From Nitrosopumilus sp. (GTDB lineage Archaea > Thermoproteota > Nitrososphaeria > Nitrososphaerales > Nitrosopumilaceae), in contig OY759726.1 of the NCBI GenBank assembly GCA_963662625.1, positions 832,001 to 896,000 of the forward strand: a stretch of DNA of 64,000 nucleotides. Reading direction: 5' to 3'. Shown piece after piece: positions 37,166 to 46,373 of the stretch. The translations under genes and the position numbers were made by a program. A model generated the notes under the pieces. That model made no database searches. It had not been told where the DNA came from and saw only the letters and a program-made list of their open reading frames with translations. Numbering within the stretch: position 1 is the first letter of the stretch; every line of letters starts with the position of its first letter.

Positions 37166-37642
37166 TTACTCCACTGTTACACGAAGCATCTTTGCCTCCT
37201 GCACGGGGCAGTCGTTGCCGTCCCGCTGCAGGTTGACAATCTTGTCGGCCACGTCCATTCCCTCGGTGACTTCCCCAAACACCGTGTACTGCCTGTCCAG
37301 AAACGTACTGTCCGTCGTCACTATGAAAAACTGCGATCCCGCACTGTCGGGATCCTGCGCCCTGGCCATGGACACGATCCCCCGCAGGTGTGAGCGCGGG
37401 CTGAATTCGGCCTTTATGGTGTAGCCCGGGCCCCCGGTGCCCCACGAGCCCCTGTTGCTTGTCTTCGTATTGGGGTCTCCCCCCTGTATCATGAACCCCG
37501 GGATGACCCTGTGGAAGAGGGTTCCGTCATAAAACCCGTCCCTGGCCAACTTTTCGAAATTCCGCACGGTCTCCGGCGCCAGTTCGGGCAGCAGCTTGAA
37601 CGAGATCCTTCCCATGTTCGTCTCTACCGTCGCCGTGCTCAA
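37166..37642 (-). CDS. Cyclophilin-type peptidyl-prolyl isomerase
   Basis: FHRVIPGFMIQGGDP and AGSQFFI. TTG 37642. Confidence 0.95.
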   Translation of the reverse strand: MSTATVETNMGRISFKLLPELAPETVRNFEKLARDGFYDGTLFHRVIPGFMIQGGDPNTKTSNRGSWGTGGPGYTIKAEFSPRSHLRGIVSMARAQDPDSAGSQFFIVTTDSTFLDRQYTVFGEVTEGMDVADKIVNLQRDGNDCPVQEAKMLRVTVE

Positions 37643-37874
37643 CGGTGGACGGTGGGCGGCCTCAGCATAAGAGTCTTTTCGTGGATGCGCGCGGCAAGGC
37701 GCGCGCGTACTGCCTGGGCACGGCCGGAACCACACGCCGCGCCCGGCCGCCCAAATGCGCCCCCGAGTTCGGGCACCTTTCCTTCCCGGGAGCTTTTAGC
37801 CCCCCAGCCGCACTGAAATTTTAACCTACCCGCAAGTTATAATCTTATATAGAACAATTAAAATTTAGAATCTG

Positions 37875-38099
37875 TTGAATCGTACAAATCAGAGCGCGAC
37901 AATTAAAGAAGCAATTAATTCTCATCTTGACAAAGGTGTAACCGACAAGCAGGACATCTACAGCAAGGTTGTCGACGAGCTTGGCGTCCCCCGGCCCACC
38001 GTCAGAAGGGTCGCAAGAGATCTGAGAACGGAGTTCTTGCAAAAAATACAGATCCTGCAGTCCGACATGCCTAAATCCACGACGTCCGAAGGCGACTAA
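37875..38099 (+). CDS. Small HTH hypothetical protein
   Basis: IYSKVVDELGVPRPTVRRVARDL. Followed by a T-tract. Confidence 0.75.
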   Translation: MNRTNQSATIKEAINSHLDKGVTDKQDIYSKVVDELGVPRPTVRRVARDLRTEFLQKIQILQSDMPKSTTSEGD

Positions 38100-38254
38100 C
38101 CGCCCCCTTCTTTTTCACTAGTCCCCCCGCGCGCCCGGCCAAAACCCGCGCCGCCAAGCGCCTCGTGGAGGGCGCGTCCAGGCAGGCCGCTTCCTGCTTT
38201 TGCCATAACGCGTTTGGCATTACTGTTATAAGCGGTGGGCTATTCCACTAAAAC

Positions 38255-38731
38255 ATGGGCTACATGGGCAACCACCTGGCCACGGTCTCGACCGGGGCCT
38301 TTGCCGCGGTGCTTACCGGCCTGTGGCCCGTGTTCGTGGACTATTCCCCGATCCTGAACTTCATATTCATCATGGCGGTCCCCATCACGTGGTTCCTGAC
38401 ATTCACCTGCTGGATCTCGCAGAAAAGCGCGGATTACATGCACAACAGGCATGTGGATCCCCCAGCCGGCCCCGAAAAAAAAAGCTTGAGCGGCCCGCGG
38501 GCGACCCAGGTCTACGCCCCTGACGGAGAACATGCCAGCATAATCACGGAAGCCAAAACCGAACTCTCCGAGGAATTAAACCAGCTCAAGGCAACCATAA
38601 AGCTGAAGGACGGCGAAATTGAGAGGCTGAACGAGGAGATCTCCAGCCTGCAGACGCTGGTGCAGATCGAGTCCCTGAAGACGGAACTCGCCAACCTGAA
38701 GGCGCTGGCCTCCGAACAGGACAAGAGTTAA
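38255..38731 (+). CDS. Membrane protein with C-terminal coiled coil
   Basis: Two TM helices followed by heptad repeats. Confidence 0.78.
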   Translation: MGYMGNHLATVSTGAFAAVLTGLWPVFVDYSPILNFIFIMAVPITWFLTFTCWISQKSADYMHNRHVDPPAGPEKKSLSGPRATQVYAPDGEHASIITEAKTELSEELNQLKATIKLKDGEIERLNEEISSLQTLVQIESLKTELANLKALASEQDKS

Positions 38732-38736
38732 GATCC

Positions 38737-38850
38737 TCACTGCCTGCAATGGCCGCACACGACGCCGTGGTTGCCTTTGCAGCCAGGGCAACTCTCAGCC
38801 CCCCCGAAATGGCACTTGCACGAACACGCCCCCGCGGGATCCTTTCCCAT
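38737..38850 (-). CDS. Metallothionein-like Cys/His-rich microprotein (37 aa)
   Basis: MGKDPAGACSCKCHFGGAESCPGCKGNHGVVCGHCRQ. TATA-like tttaaga about 30 nt upstream. Confidence 0.6.
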   Translation of the reverse strand: MGKDPAGACSCKCHFGGAESCPGCKGNHGVVCGHCRQ

Positions 38851-38963
38851 GGGGACCGTGGCACGTTCCCGTTATTTGATTCTTAAACCAGTATCCAGGG
38901 AACCGTGCGGGGCAGCCGCACCCCGCGCCCGCCCCCCGTGGGGCGCCCCCGGAGCCTCGCCGG

Positions 38964-39512
38964 CTATCCCCCGCCGCCGCGTGTCCTTGAAGCCAGCTCC
39001 AGCGTCCCGTCTACCAGCTCCTTCAGCCTCTGCCGCGCGCCCTCGTCCGAGACCGACTCCCCCGAAACGGACTCTGTGGTAAGAAAGACCGCCTTCGGGT
39101 TTGTTATGGCCCTGAAATATGACATCAGCTGGGTTACCAGCGTCTGGACGCCAATAAACCCTATGTTGCCAGCGGCCAGAATCGCGACCCCCGCGACCTT
39201 TCCCTCCGTCTTTTTGTAATCCACGTATTCAAAGAGGTTTTTCAAGGCGGAACTGAAGAACGAGTTGTAGATCGGCGTGCCAACCAGCCACACGTCGGCA
39301 TCGGTCAAGTCCGCCGCCGCCTTCCCCGTGTGTTCGTTGTATCCCTCGTCGGGCCCCCGGTAACACTCCACCAGGCCTTCTGACAGGTTGATCAGGCGCG
39401 TGTCGGCATTTTTTGTTTTGGCATACTCGTAGACGTATTTCATCATCACCTGCGTGTTCGCGTTCCTTCTGGGGCTCCCGGAAATTACTACGACCTTCAC
39501 AACTTCTGCCAC
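38964..39512 (-). CDS. NADPH-dependent FMN reductase
   Basis: ISGSPR and GTPIYNSFFSSALKNLFE. Confidence 0.9.
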   Translation of the reverse strand: MAEVVKVVVISGSPRRNANTQVMMKYVYEYAKTKNADTRLINLSEGLVECYRGPDEGYNEHTGKAAADLTDADVWLVGTPIYNSFFSSALKNLFEYVDYKKTEGKVAGVAILAAGNIGFIGVQTLVTQLMSYFRAITNPKAVFLTTESVSGESVSDEGARQRLKELVDGTLELASRTRGGGG

Positions 39513-39906
39513 CCGCCAATGTATTTAAGTTGCACATTTTACAAGGCGGCCTTGGATCCCCGGCGCCCGCCCGGCCCCGCAAAGGAGGACGCCCCGCGGC
39601 GCCTTCGTGCATGCAGGCCCGCCTCCGGCCGCGCGTCCCCGCCCGCCCGCCGGAATCCGGCCCGCCTGACTTCCCTGATCGAGGCGCACGAGCACGTGGT
39701 ACCCGCCGGGGCGCGGCTGCCCCGACGATCCGCCCCCGGCAATCCGTGGGCCGCGCGCCATGGCGGGCGCACGCAGCTTCCGATCCGCGGCGCGCCCGCA
39801 AGGAGGCGGCAGGAAGTTCGAGAAAGACGGGCGCGGGGATTGCGCCGCGCGGCACCGGCCGAACTTAGAAAAACTGATGTGTGATTCCGCCCAACCGTGA
39901 CCCGCC

Positions 39907-40435
39907 ATGAAAACCCGGCCGTCCTTCTTCTGCTCGGGTTAGCCCCGCTTCCGTTAACCGACGCGCCCGCCCAACTAACAATCGCGGACATTGTTGAACC
40001 GGAGACAGAAAGGGAGCTGCAGGACGAAGACAACAGCGTGCCCGGCACGGCGGTGGCCCTGATCTATTCGGACACCTCGTGGAGCGGGGCTGTTTCGGGC
40101 GCAGAAGACCTCGAGGTGCCTTCAAAGGACGGCGCGGGCGACGCAAAGTTTACCGTCCCGTGCAAGGAGGGATTCGCGACAACGGCGCAAGGGGACGTGC
40201 AGAAAACCAGAGACCGGCTATCTGGCGGCGGCGATAATCCAGTATGGGAAGCCGCAGGCCATCGAGTCTGCCGACAAGGCGTTTGGAGCGGCGTGGGCGT
40301 CAGCCCGGCGCCTGCCGGAACCGGAACTCCCAACGCCCCCCGGGGGGCCTACGCAGCCCGCGGGGGCGCCGGACAAAGAACCCGGATCGCCCGCGGGGCA
40401 AGAAGGCGGAGGGTGCCTCATCGCGACGGCGCCGC
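39907..40435 (+). pseudogene. Frameshifted remnant of a secreted CFI-box-CTERM protein
   Basis: Broken signal peptide. YSDTSWSGA and GYLAAAIIQYGK in different frames. GGGCLIATA at 40405-40431. Confidence 0.7.
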
Positions 40436-40487
40436 CACGTCCCCGCAGAAAGGGCGGCATGCCGGCCGCCCGGGCGTTGTAAAAAAA

Positions 40488-40579
40488 CGGGCTTGGAGGG
40501 CTTCGATCCCTCGACCTGTAACTTAGGAGGCTACTGCGCTATCCATATTGCGCGCCAGACGGCTCTGCGCTACAAGCCC
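40488..40579 (-). tRNA. tRNA-Arg(CCT) with 17-nt D-loop intron (about 40548-40564)
   Basis: Acceptor GGGCTTG/CAAGCCC and anticodon arm GTAGC-CTCCTAA-GTTAC. BHB-like gcgc-aga..gcgc-aat. T7 tract downstream. Confidence 0.9.
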
Positions 40580-40603
40580 AGCAAAAAGCAGGTTTGTAAT
40601 TAT

Positions 40604-41371
40604 TTAAGCGTAATCCATGCCGCTTTTAATCATCTCCCGGACCCGCTTCCAGCCAGAATCCTCCCTGTCGTTCCACCTCTCGTAAAACACCACGTCCGTC
40701 AAACCCAGCCTCGGCAGCCACCCGGCCGCCTCCAAGTCCGGCTTTCCGGCAAACTCGTCGACGTGCCCCAGGCACAGGTACGCCACGGGGACTACGTGCT
40801 CCGGCAGGCACAGGACCTCCCTCAGGGTCTCGTTTGACAGTATGCTCACCCACCCGAGCCCCACCCCCTCGGCCCTCGCGGCAAGCCACAGGTTCTGGAT
40901 GGCGCAGCACACGCTGTACAGCCCCGCCTCGGGAATGCTTGACCTGCCTATTACGAATGGCCCAAACTTTGTCGGATCATAGGTCACGCACAGGTTCACC
41001 GGCGACTCCATGATCCCCTCCAGCTTGAGCGAGGCGTATTTCGCCCGCCTCGGCCCCTCGACCAGCCTCGAGGAGCGGGCCTTTTCCCTGTCAAACGACT
41101 CCTTGACCTTCTTTTTCACGCCGCCGTCCTTGATCAAAATAAAGTTCCACGGCTGTGAAAAGCCCACCGAGGGCGCGTGGTGGGCCGCGTTGAGGATCTT
41201 CGACAAAACGCCGTCCTCGATGGGCCTGCCGGTGAAACGGGACCTGACGTCCCTCCTGGAATAAATCGCCTTGTAGAGGCCCTTCTTCTCCTCGTCTGAA
41301 AACTCCCCGCCCAACCCTTTTGCACCAGCTTTCTTTCTATTCATTCTTTTGTTAAACGTTAATAATGCCAC
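40604..41371 (-). CDS. bluB: 5,6-dimethylbenzimidazole synthase
   Basis: RRDVR, APSVGFSQPW, LKLEGI and QNLWLAARAEGVGLGWVS. True start probably downstream of 41371. Confidence 0.93.
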   Translation of the reverse strand: MALLTFNKRMNRKKAGAKGLGGEFSDEEKKGLYKAIYSRRDVRSRFTGRPIEDGVLSKILNAAHHAPSVGFSQPWNFILIKDGGVKKKVKESFDREKARSSRLVEGPRRAKYASLKLEGIMESPVNLCVTYDPTKFGPFVIGRSSIPEAGLYSVCCAIQNLWLAARAEGVGLGWVSILSNETLREVLCLPEHVVPVAYLCLGHVDEFAGKPDLEAAGWLPRLGLTDVVFYERWNDREDSGWKRVREMIKSGMDYA

Positions 41372-41392
41372 CCTCTAACCTTGTACTTCAAT

Positions 41393-41466
41393 GGGCCGGT
41401 AGTCTAGCTGGTTAGGATACCGCCTCGACACGGCGGTGATCGTGAGTTCGAATCTCTCTCGGCCCA
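41393..41466 (+). tRNA. tRNA-Val(GAC)
   Basis: GGGCCGG/TCGGCCC acceptor, CCGCC-TCGACAC-GGCGG anticodon arm, TTCGAAT T-loop, and a T-tract after. Confidence 0.92.
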
Positions 41467-41471
41467 CTTTT

Positions 41472-41969
41472 TTAATTCAACTCTGTGGAGAACTCCTTCT
41501 CGACTATGCTCCAGGAGGTCTCGGACGTCACGCTCCCCTCCGCCGAGAAGGTGCCGACCCGTTCCCCCAGCACCGCGTCGTAGACGTCGGAGTTGATGTC
41601 AGAGCGGTTCAGGACAAACGTGTTCTTGAGCGGGATCTCGGAGCCCGCGTAAAACACGGCCCTGCCGGGCATCGCGATGTCCTCGGTCGAGTACTGGCCG
41701 GATCCCATCAGAACCCCGTCCGCATACAGCTGGTACGCGATCAGCGGGACGGTGAACGTCTTTTCGCTGGGGTTCCTCACGAGAAACGTCACCTCCAGCT
41801 TGGCGCGGCTTTCAACCGTGTTGACCTCCCTTATCTGGACGTCTGCCAGCTCCACCTCGACCTTCTCAAGCTCCGGGTTGTCCAGGCTGGCATAGTACAC
41901 AATCCCGCCCATCAACGCAAGCATGGCCCCTATGGCCGCATAAACCGTCATCTTACTTTGTAGCGCCAA
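41472..41969 (-). CDS. LEA-2/WHy-domain membrane-anchored protein
   Basis: N-terminal TM. FLVRNPS...IAYQLYADG. Confidence 0.75.
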   Translation of the reverse strand: MALQSKMTVYAAIGAMLALMGGIVYYASLDNPELEKVEVELADVQIREVNTVESRAKLEVTFLVRNPSEKTFTVPLIAYQLYADGVLMGSGQYSTEDIAMPGRAVFYAGSEIPLKNTFVLNRSDINSDVYDAVLGERVGTFSAEGSVTSETSWSIVEKEFSTELN

Positions 41970-42135
41970 TCAACGGTAACACCCTCTGGACAATTAAAAA
42001 AGGTTGTCAAGATCCGGCCCGCCCCCGGCCCGGCTTTCAGGCACAAAGCCAGCCGCGGCCCCCGGCTCAGGCACGGCCGCGCAACGGCCCGCCACGATCC
42101 AAATACATAATATTTGATTTCAAGCACCAAAGCCA

Positions 42136-42633
42136 ATGGCTGCGCTGGAACAAGCGGTAATCACCTGGATCCACCTGGTCGCGGCGGCCATATGGGTAGG
42201 CGGCTCGCTATTCATAGGGATCGTCTTTTCGCCCCTCCTCAAGACGATGTCCGACTCCCTTGCAGAAAGAATGCGGATAATGATACGGGTTGGAAGGCGG
42301 TTCAACAAGATTGCCGTCCCCTCCCTGATAATCCTCATGGCCACCGGGCTGTACAACTCACACGCGCTCTTGAGCAGGCCCGAGCTGCTGACTGCCACGA
42401 GCTATGGGACTTTCCTGACAATCAAGATCGCCCTCGTAATCGCGCTGGTAATCACGTATGCGGTCCACGTCCGCATCATACGCAGGGACGTCGAAGAAAA
42501 GATAATGTCCGACCAAATGCCGGAAGGCCAGATACGGGAGCTCAGGAAGAAAATCATAGTTCTCGGGGAAGTCACGGTAGTAATATCCGTCGCGATCCTG
42601 TTCTTCGCCTCGTTAATGGACGCCGGGGTATGA
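42136..42633 (+). CDS. CopD-family copper resistance membrane protein
   Basis: WIHLVAAAIWVGG and YG.FL.IK. Confidence 0.8.
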   Translation: MAALEQAVITWIHLVAAAIWVGGSLFIGIVFSPLLKTMSDSLAERMRIMIRVGRRFNKIAVPSLIILMATGLYNSHALLSRPELLTATSYGTFLTIKIALVIALVITYAVHVRIIRRDVEEKIMSDQMPEGQIRELRKKIIVLGEVTVVISVAILFFASLMDAGV

Positions 42634-43629
42634 CGCGCCCCTGATCCTGACCTCGTAGCCGCCCTCCACCCTTCCAACCCCGTACCTGCACCCGGAAACC
42701 TTCGACGCCACGCGCAGGTTGGCCTCCAGGTGCCTCGTAATCCGCGGCACGCGGAACACGGACAGGCCGGGCGCGACGCTTGCAGGCACCACCAGCATGT
42801 CCGCCAAATTCTCATCCACCCCCAGCCTGTTCTCAGCGATCCTGTCAGGCTTCATGTCAAAGGCGCCAGCCCTCCTGTCAAACAACGCATCTGCGCCGAG
42901 GACAGAACCCTCGTCATGCACGTGCGCCAGCACGGCGGCCCCCGCGTCTAGGGCGTCCTCCTCCCTGACATGCTGCCCCACCACGCAGTGCCTTTCTTCC
43001 AACCCCCCGACGATTCTCTCGACCTCGGCCACGACCGCCTCTTCCGGGATCTTCGAGTAGGTGCACCTTACCTCCACCCTCCCGGCCCTTCTCTCAAGTA
43101 GCCTGGCAGGCATGATCTCCCGCGATCTTGCCCTCAGGACGACCCTTCCCCCGCCTTTCGGGTAGTAGCCCCTCCTTTCAAGGCTTATGGAAAACCCCAG
43201 CCCCATCCTGCCATACGCCTCCCTTACCACATGCCGCATGTAATCAAACGTGGGGCTCCACGCCACATCCGTGCCCCCGACCACCTTCAGCTCGACGTCT
43301 TTCTCCGAAGCGGCCACGGCCGGAATCACCGCCTGCAGTATTAGGCATATGCTCCCGGCGGTTCCCACGTCTTCTTCCAGCCTGCAGCCCCGCACGTCCC
43401 CCGGGATGAAGCGCAGCTCCGTCGAGCCCAGGGCCGCCCCCTCCACCCTTGCGCCGCAAATTTTCTGGAGGATCCTCACCGCCGCGACGTGCTGGGCCCT
43501 CAATCCCGGGACCCCCCTTTCCCTCCTGATGTTTTCTATGGCCACGGGCTTTTTCGTAATGCAGGACAGCGCGACCGACGTCCTTACAGCCTGGCCCCCG
43601 TGCGCCCCGTCGATCCTCAAAAACTCCAT
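42613..43629 (-). CDS. rtcA: RNA 3'-terminal phosphate cyclase
   Basis: GGQAVRT, PGLRAQH, GGTDV, RGYYPKGGG and ITRH. ATG 43629. Confidence 0.92.
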   Translation of the reverse strand: MEFLRIDGAHGGQAVRTSVALSCITKKPVAIENIRRERGVPGLRAQHVAAVRILQKICGARVEGAALGSTELRFIPGDVRGCRLEEDVGTAGSICLILQAVIPAVAASEKDVELKVVGGTDVAWSPTFDYMRHVVREAYGRMGLGFSISLERRGYYPKGGGRVVLRARSREIMPARLLERRAGRVEVRCTYSKIPEEAVVAEVERIVGGLEERHCVVGQHVREEDALDAGAAVLAHVHDEGSVLGADALFDRRAGAFDMKPDRIAENRLGVDENLADMLVVPASVAPGLSVFRVPRITRHLEANLRVASKVSGCRYGVGRVEGGYEVRIRGASYPGVH

Positions 43630-43683
43630 GCCGCCCGTGGTACTTTGTGATAGTTTTTTAAAAAGAGATGCGCCATAACGCGC

Positions 43684-44178
43684 ATGGATGGCTTGCTGGT
43701 AGGCCGCTTCCAGCCATTTCACATGGGGCACCTTGAGGCGCTGCGCTTTGCGCTGCCAAAAGTTGACCGGCTCTGGCTGGGCCTGGGAAGCTCCAACAGG
43801 CCGCGGCAGAGGTCCAACCCGTTCTCCGCCGAGGAGCGAAAACGCATGATCTTGGCCTCCATCGACGGCTCCATGAGGCGCAAAATCGGGATTTACCCCA
43901 TCCCCGACGCGGATGACCACCGAAGGTGGGTTGAGCTGGTAGCCGCGGCCGTCCCGGAATTCGGCGTGGTGTTCACAAACGACGACGTCACGGCGCACCT
44001 CTACTCGAGGCGTGGCGTGGAGGTCGTCCCGATCCCCCTCGTAAACCGCGACAGCCTGTCTGGGACCAACATCCGGGGCCTGGTCGCCGGCGGCCAGGGG
44101 TGGGAGCACCTAGTGCCTGCCGGCACAAGAAGATTCCTGGTGGACGCTGGTGCCAAGGCCCGCCTGCAAAATCTCTAA
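43684..44178 (+). CDS. nadM: Nicotinamide-nucleotide adenylyltransferase
   Basis: GRFQPFHMGH, NPFSAEER and SGTNIR. Confidence 0.93.
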   Translation: MDGLLVGRFQPFHMGHLEALRFALPKVDRLWLGLGSSNRPRQRSNPFSAEERKRMILASIDGSMRRKIGIYPIPDADDHRRWVELVAAAVPEFGVVFTNDDVTAHLYSRRGVEVVPIPLVNRDSLSGTNIRGLVAGGQGWEHLVPAGTRRFLVDAGAKARLQNL

Positions 44179-44218
44179 TTATAAATACACCCCGCGCCAA
44201 CTTTCATCGAGTATACAT

Positions 44219-45364
44219 TTGGAATACCTATCGATGCTTCCGGGCCCCACAAACGTTCCCAACCGGGTGATGCGCGCGATGCTTGCCCCGATCATCAACC
44301 ACAGGAGCGACGACTTCGTCGAACTGTATTCCGACGTGGTAGAAAAGACCCAGCAGGTATTCCAGACGCAAAACGACATAGTGGCCCTGTCCTCCTCCGG
44401 GACGGGCGCCGTAGAGGCAGGCGTCGTCAACCTCGTCAAGAAAGGCGACAAGGTCATAATCCCCGTCAACGGCGAGTTCAGCAGCAGGCTGTCGCAGCTA
44501 ATCGAGGGGCAAGGGGCAGACGTAGTCCGGCTTGAGACGCCCCCGGGGCAGAACGCCACGCTTGACCAGGTAAGGGAGGCGTTTGACAACAACAAAGACG
44601 TCAAGGCATTCTACGTGGTGCACAACGAGACCTCCACCGGAACCATGGTCAACTACCTGGACAGGGTCTCCGACCTGACGTCGCGCAACGACGCGTTTTA
44701 CGTGGTGGACTCTGTCTCGCTGTTAGGCGGCGCCGAGCTGCCCGTGGACAAGTGGAACGTAGACGTGTGCATGACCGGCGCGCAAAAAGCCATCGCCGCC
44801 CCGCCCGGGATATCCCCGATCTCCGTCAGCCCCCGGGCCAAGAAATACATGGTAGAGAACCCCCCAGCCACAATGTACTTCAACCTTGCAAGGTACTTCA
44901 AGTATTACGAGGAGTCAAAGCACACCCCGTTCACCCCGGCACTGCCCCTGCTTTACGCATACAGGGAGGCGCTGGCAATCCTGCTGGAGGAGGGCCTGGA
45001 ATCCGTCTTCAAGCGCCACAAGGCCTGTTCTGACGCCCTGTACTCCGGCCTGAGCGCGATCGGACTGACGCCGTTTGCAAAAGAAGAGGACCGCTCGATC
45101 TCAATCGTCGCACTCAACTACCTGGAGGGCCTGGAAGACGCAACGTTTAGGAACACCCTGGCCGAGAAGTTCAAGGTCTTGGTGGCGGGAGGCTTTGGCA
45201 ACCTCAAAGGCAAGGTCTTCAGGGTGGGTTGCATGGGGGAGGTCGGCCCCTACCACGTGATGCGGACGATCTCTGCCATATCGTCCACGCTGGCCATGAT
45301 GGGCTACGAAACAAACGCCCAGGACGGACTCAGGATCGCCGAAGAAAAACTGCAGGCCCTCTGA
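44219..45364 (+). CDS. Serine-pyruvate/alanine-glyoxylate (class V) aminotransferase
   Basis: LPGPT, HNETSTG, VDSVS, GAQKAIAAPPG and FRVGCMG. Confidence 0.92.
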   Translation: MEYLSMLPGPTNVPNRVMRAMLAPIINHRSDDFVELYSDVVEKTQQVFQTQNDIVALSSSGTGAVEAGVVNLVKKGDKVIIPVNGEFSSRLSQLIEGQGADVVRLETPPGQNATLDQVREAFDNNKDVKAFYVVHNETSTGTMVNYLDRVSDLTSRNDAFYVVDSVSLLGGAELPVDKWNVDVCMTGAQKAIAAPPGISPISVSPRAKKYMVENPPATMYFNLARYFKYYEESKHTPFTPALPLLYAYREALAILLEEGLESVFKRHKACSDALYSGLSAIGLTPFAKEEDRSISIVALNYLEGLEDATFRNTLAEKFKVLVAGGFGNLKGKVFRVGCMGEVGPYHVMRTISAISSTLAMMGYETNAQDGLRIAEEKLQAL

Positions 45365-45498
45365 ACGCGCCGGACACCCCGCCCCGAAACCTTAACCCCC
45401 GACCCGTCTTGCCTTGGCAGGCGTTTCGTCTGCGATACGGCATTACGGACCGGGCATGAATTTCAGGGTTTAACTTAATATAAGGAAATTTGGGATTT

Positions 45499-46353
45499 AT
45501 GACATTGGCATTCAGCAAGTCCACGTTAATCCTCATAGATTATACCGCGAAGATAAAAGACACAGACAAAGTCTTCGACACCACGATCCAATCAGACGCC
45601 GAAAAGCACGACATATACGAGCCGGACATAAAGTACGGGCCCAAGCTAGTCTCGATTGACGACGTGGCGTACCCCGTTCTGAAGGGGCTTGACGAGGAGC
45701 TGGCCAAAACGTCGGCGGGCGACAAGCTCACCGTAGAAGTCCCGCCCGCCAAGGCCTTCGGCGAGAGGGACTCGAGCAAGGTACGGATGATGCCGGCAAG
45801 AAAGCTCGGGGAAGACGCCGACAAGCTTTCGGTGGGCGACACGATCGAGGTTGACCACAAAACGGGAATCATCAAGTTCATGGGCTCGGGCAGGGTGAAG
45901 GTTGACTACAACCACGCCTATGCCGGAAAGACAATCCTTTACGACGTAAACGTCATAAAAGCCCTCGATACCGACCACGACAAACTCGACGCCATCCTGA
46001 ACCACCGCCTTCCCGCGAAAGACGCTGAGATATCCTTTGACTTGAAAGGAAACGAGGCGAGCGTACCAATCCCCGAAAGGCTGCTACAGGCAGACGGGCT
46101 CCAATTCATGAAGCATTTCATACAGCAGGACGCCTTCCACTTTATCCCGACGCTGGAGAAAATCAACTTTGTCGAGACCTACCCCAACAAGCAAATGGGG
46201 AACAAGGATCCCGGCGCCGCGGAGACGGACGCCGACGCCTCGGGCTCCCCCGACCCTGGCGCCGCGGAGACGGACGCCGACGCCTCGGGCTCCCCCGACC
46301 CTAATCTCACGGATTCCCACCGGCCGCGCAAAACATTCCGGTCTCTGCCCTGA
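45499..46353 (+). CDS. Long-type FKBP peptidyl-prolyl isomerase (SlyD-like)
   Basis: VFDTT, PPAKAFGER and VDYNHAYAGK. Confidence 0.9.
   Translation: MTLAFSKSTLILIDYTAKIKDTDKVFDTTIQSDAEKHDIYEPDIKYGPKLVSIDDVAYPVLKGLDEELAKTSAGDKLTVEVPPAKAFGERDSSKVRMMPARKLGEDADKLSVGDTIEVDHKTGIIKFMGSGRVKVDYNHAYAGKTILYDVNVIKALDTDHDKLDAILNHRLPAKDAEISFDLKGNEASVPIPERLLQADGLQFMKHFIQQDAFHFIPTLEKINFVETYPNKQMGNKDPGAAETDADASGSPDPGAAETDADASGSPDPNLTDSHRPRKTFRSLP
46207..46302 (+). repeat. 45-bp in-frame tandem repeat (2.1 copies)
   Basis: Encodes DPGAAETDADASGSP twice. Confidence 0.95.
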
Positions 46354-46373
46354 AAACCCCGCCCGGGCTCCCC

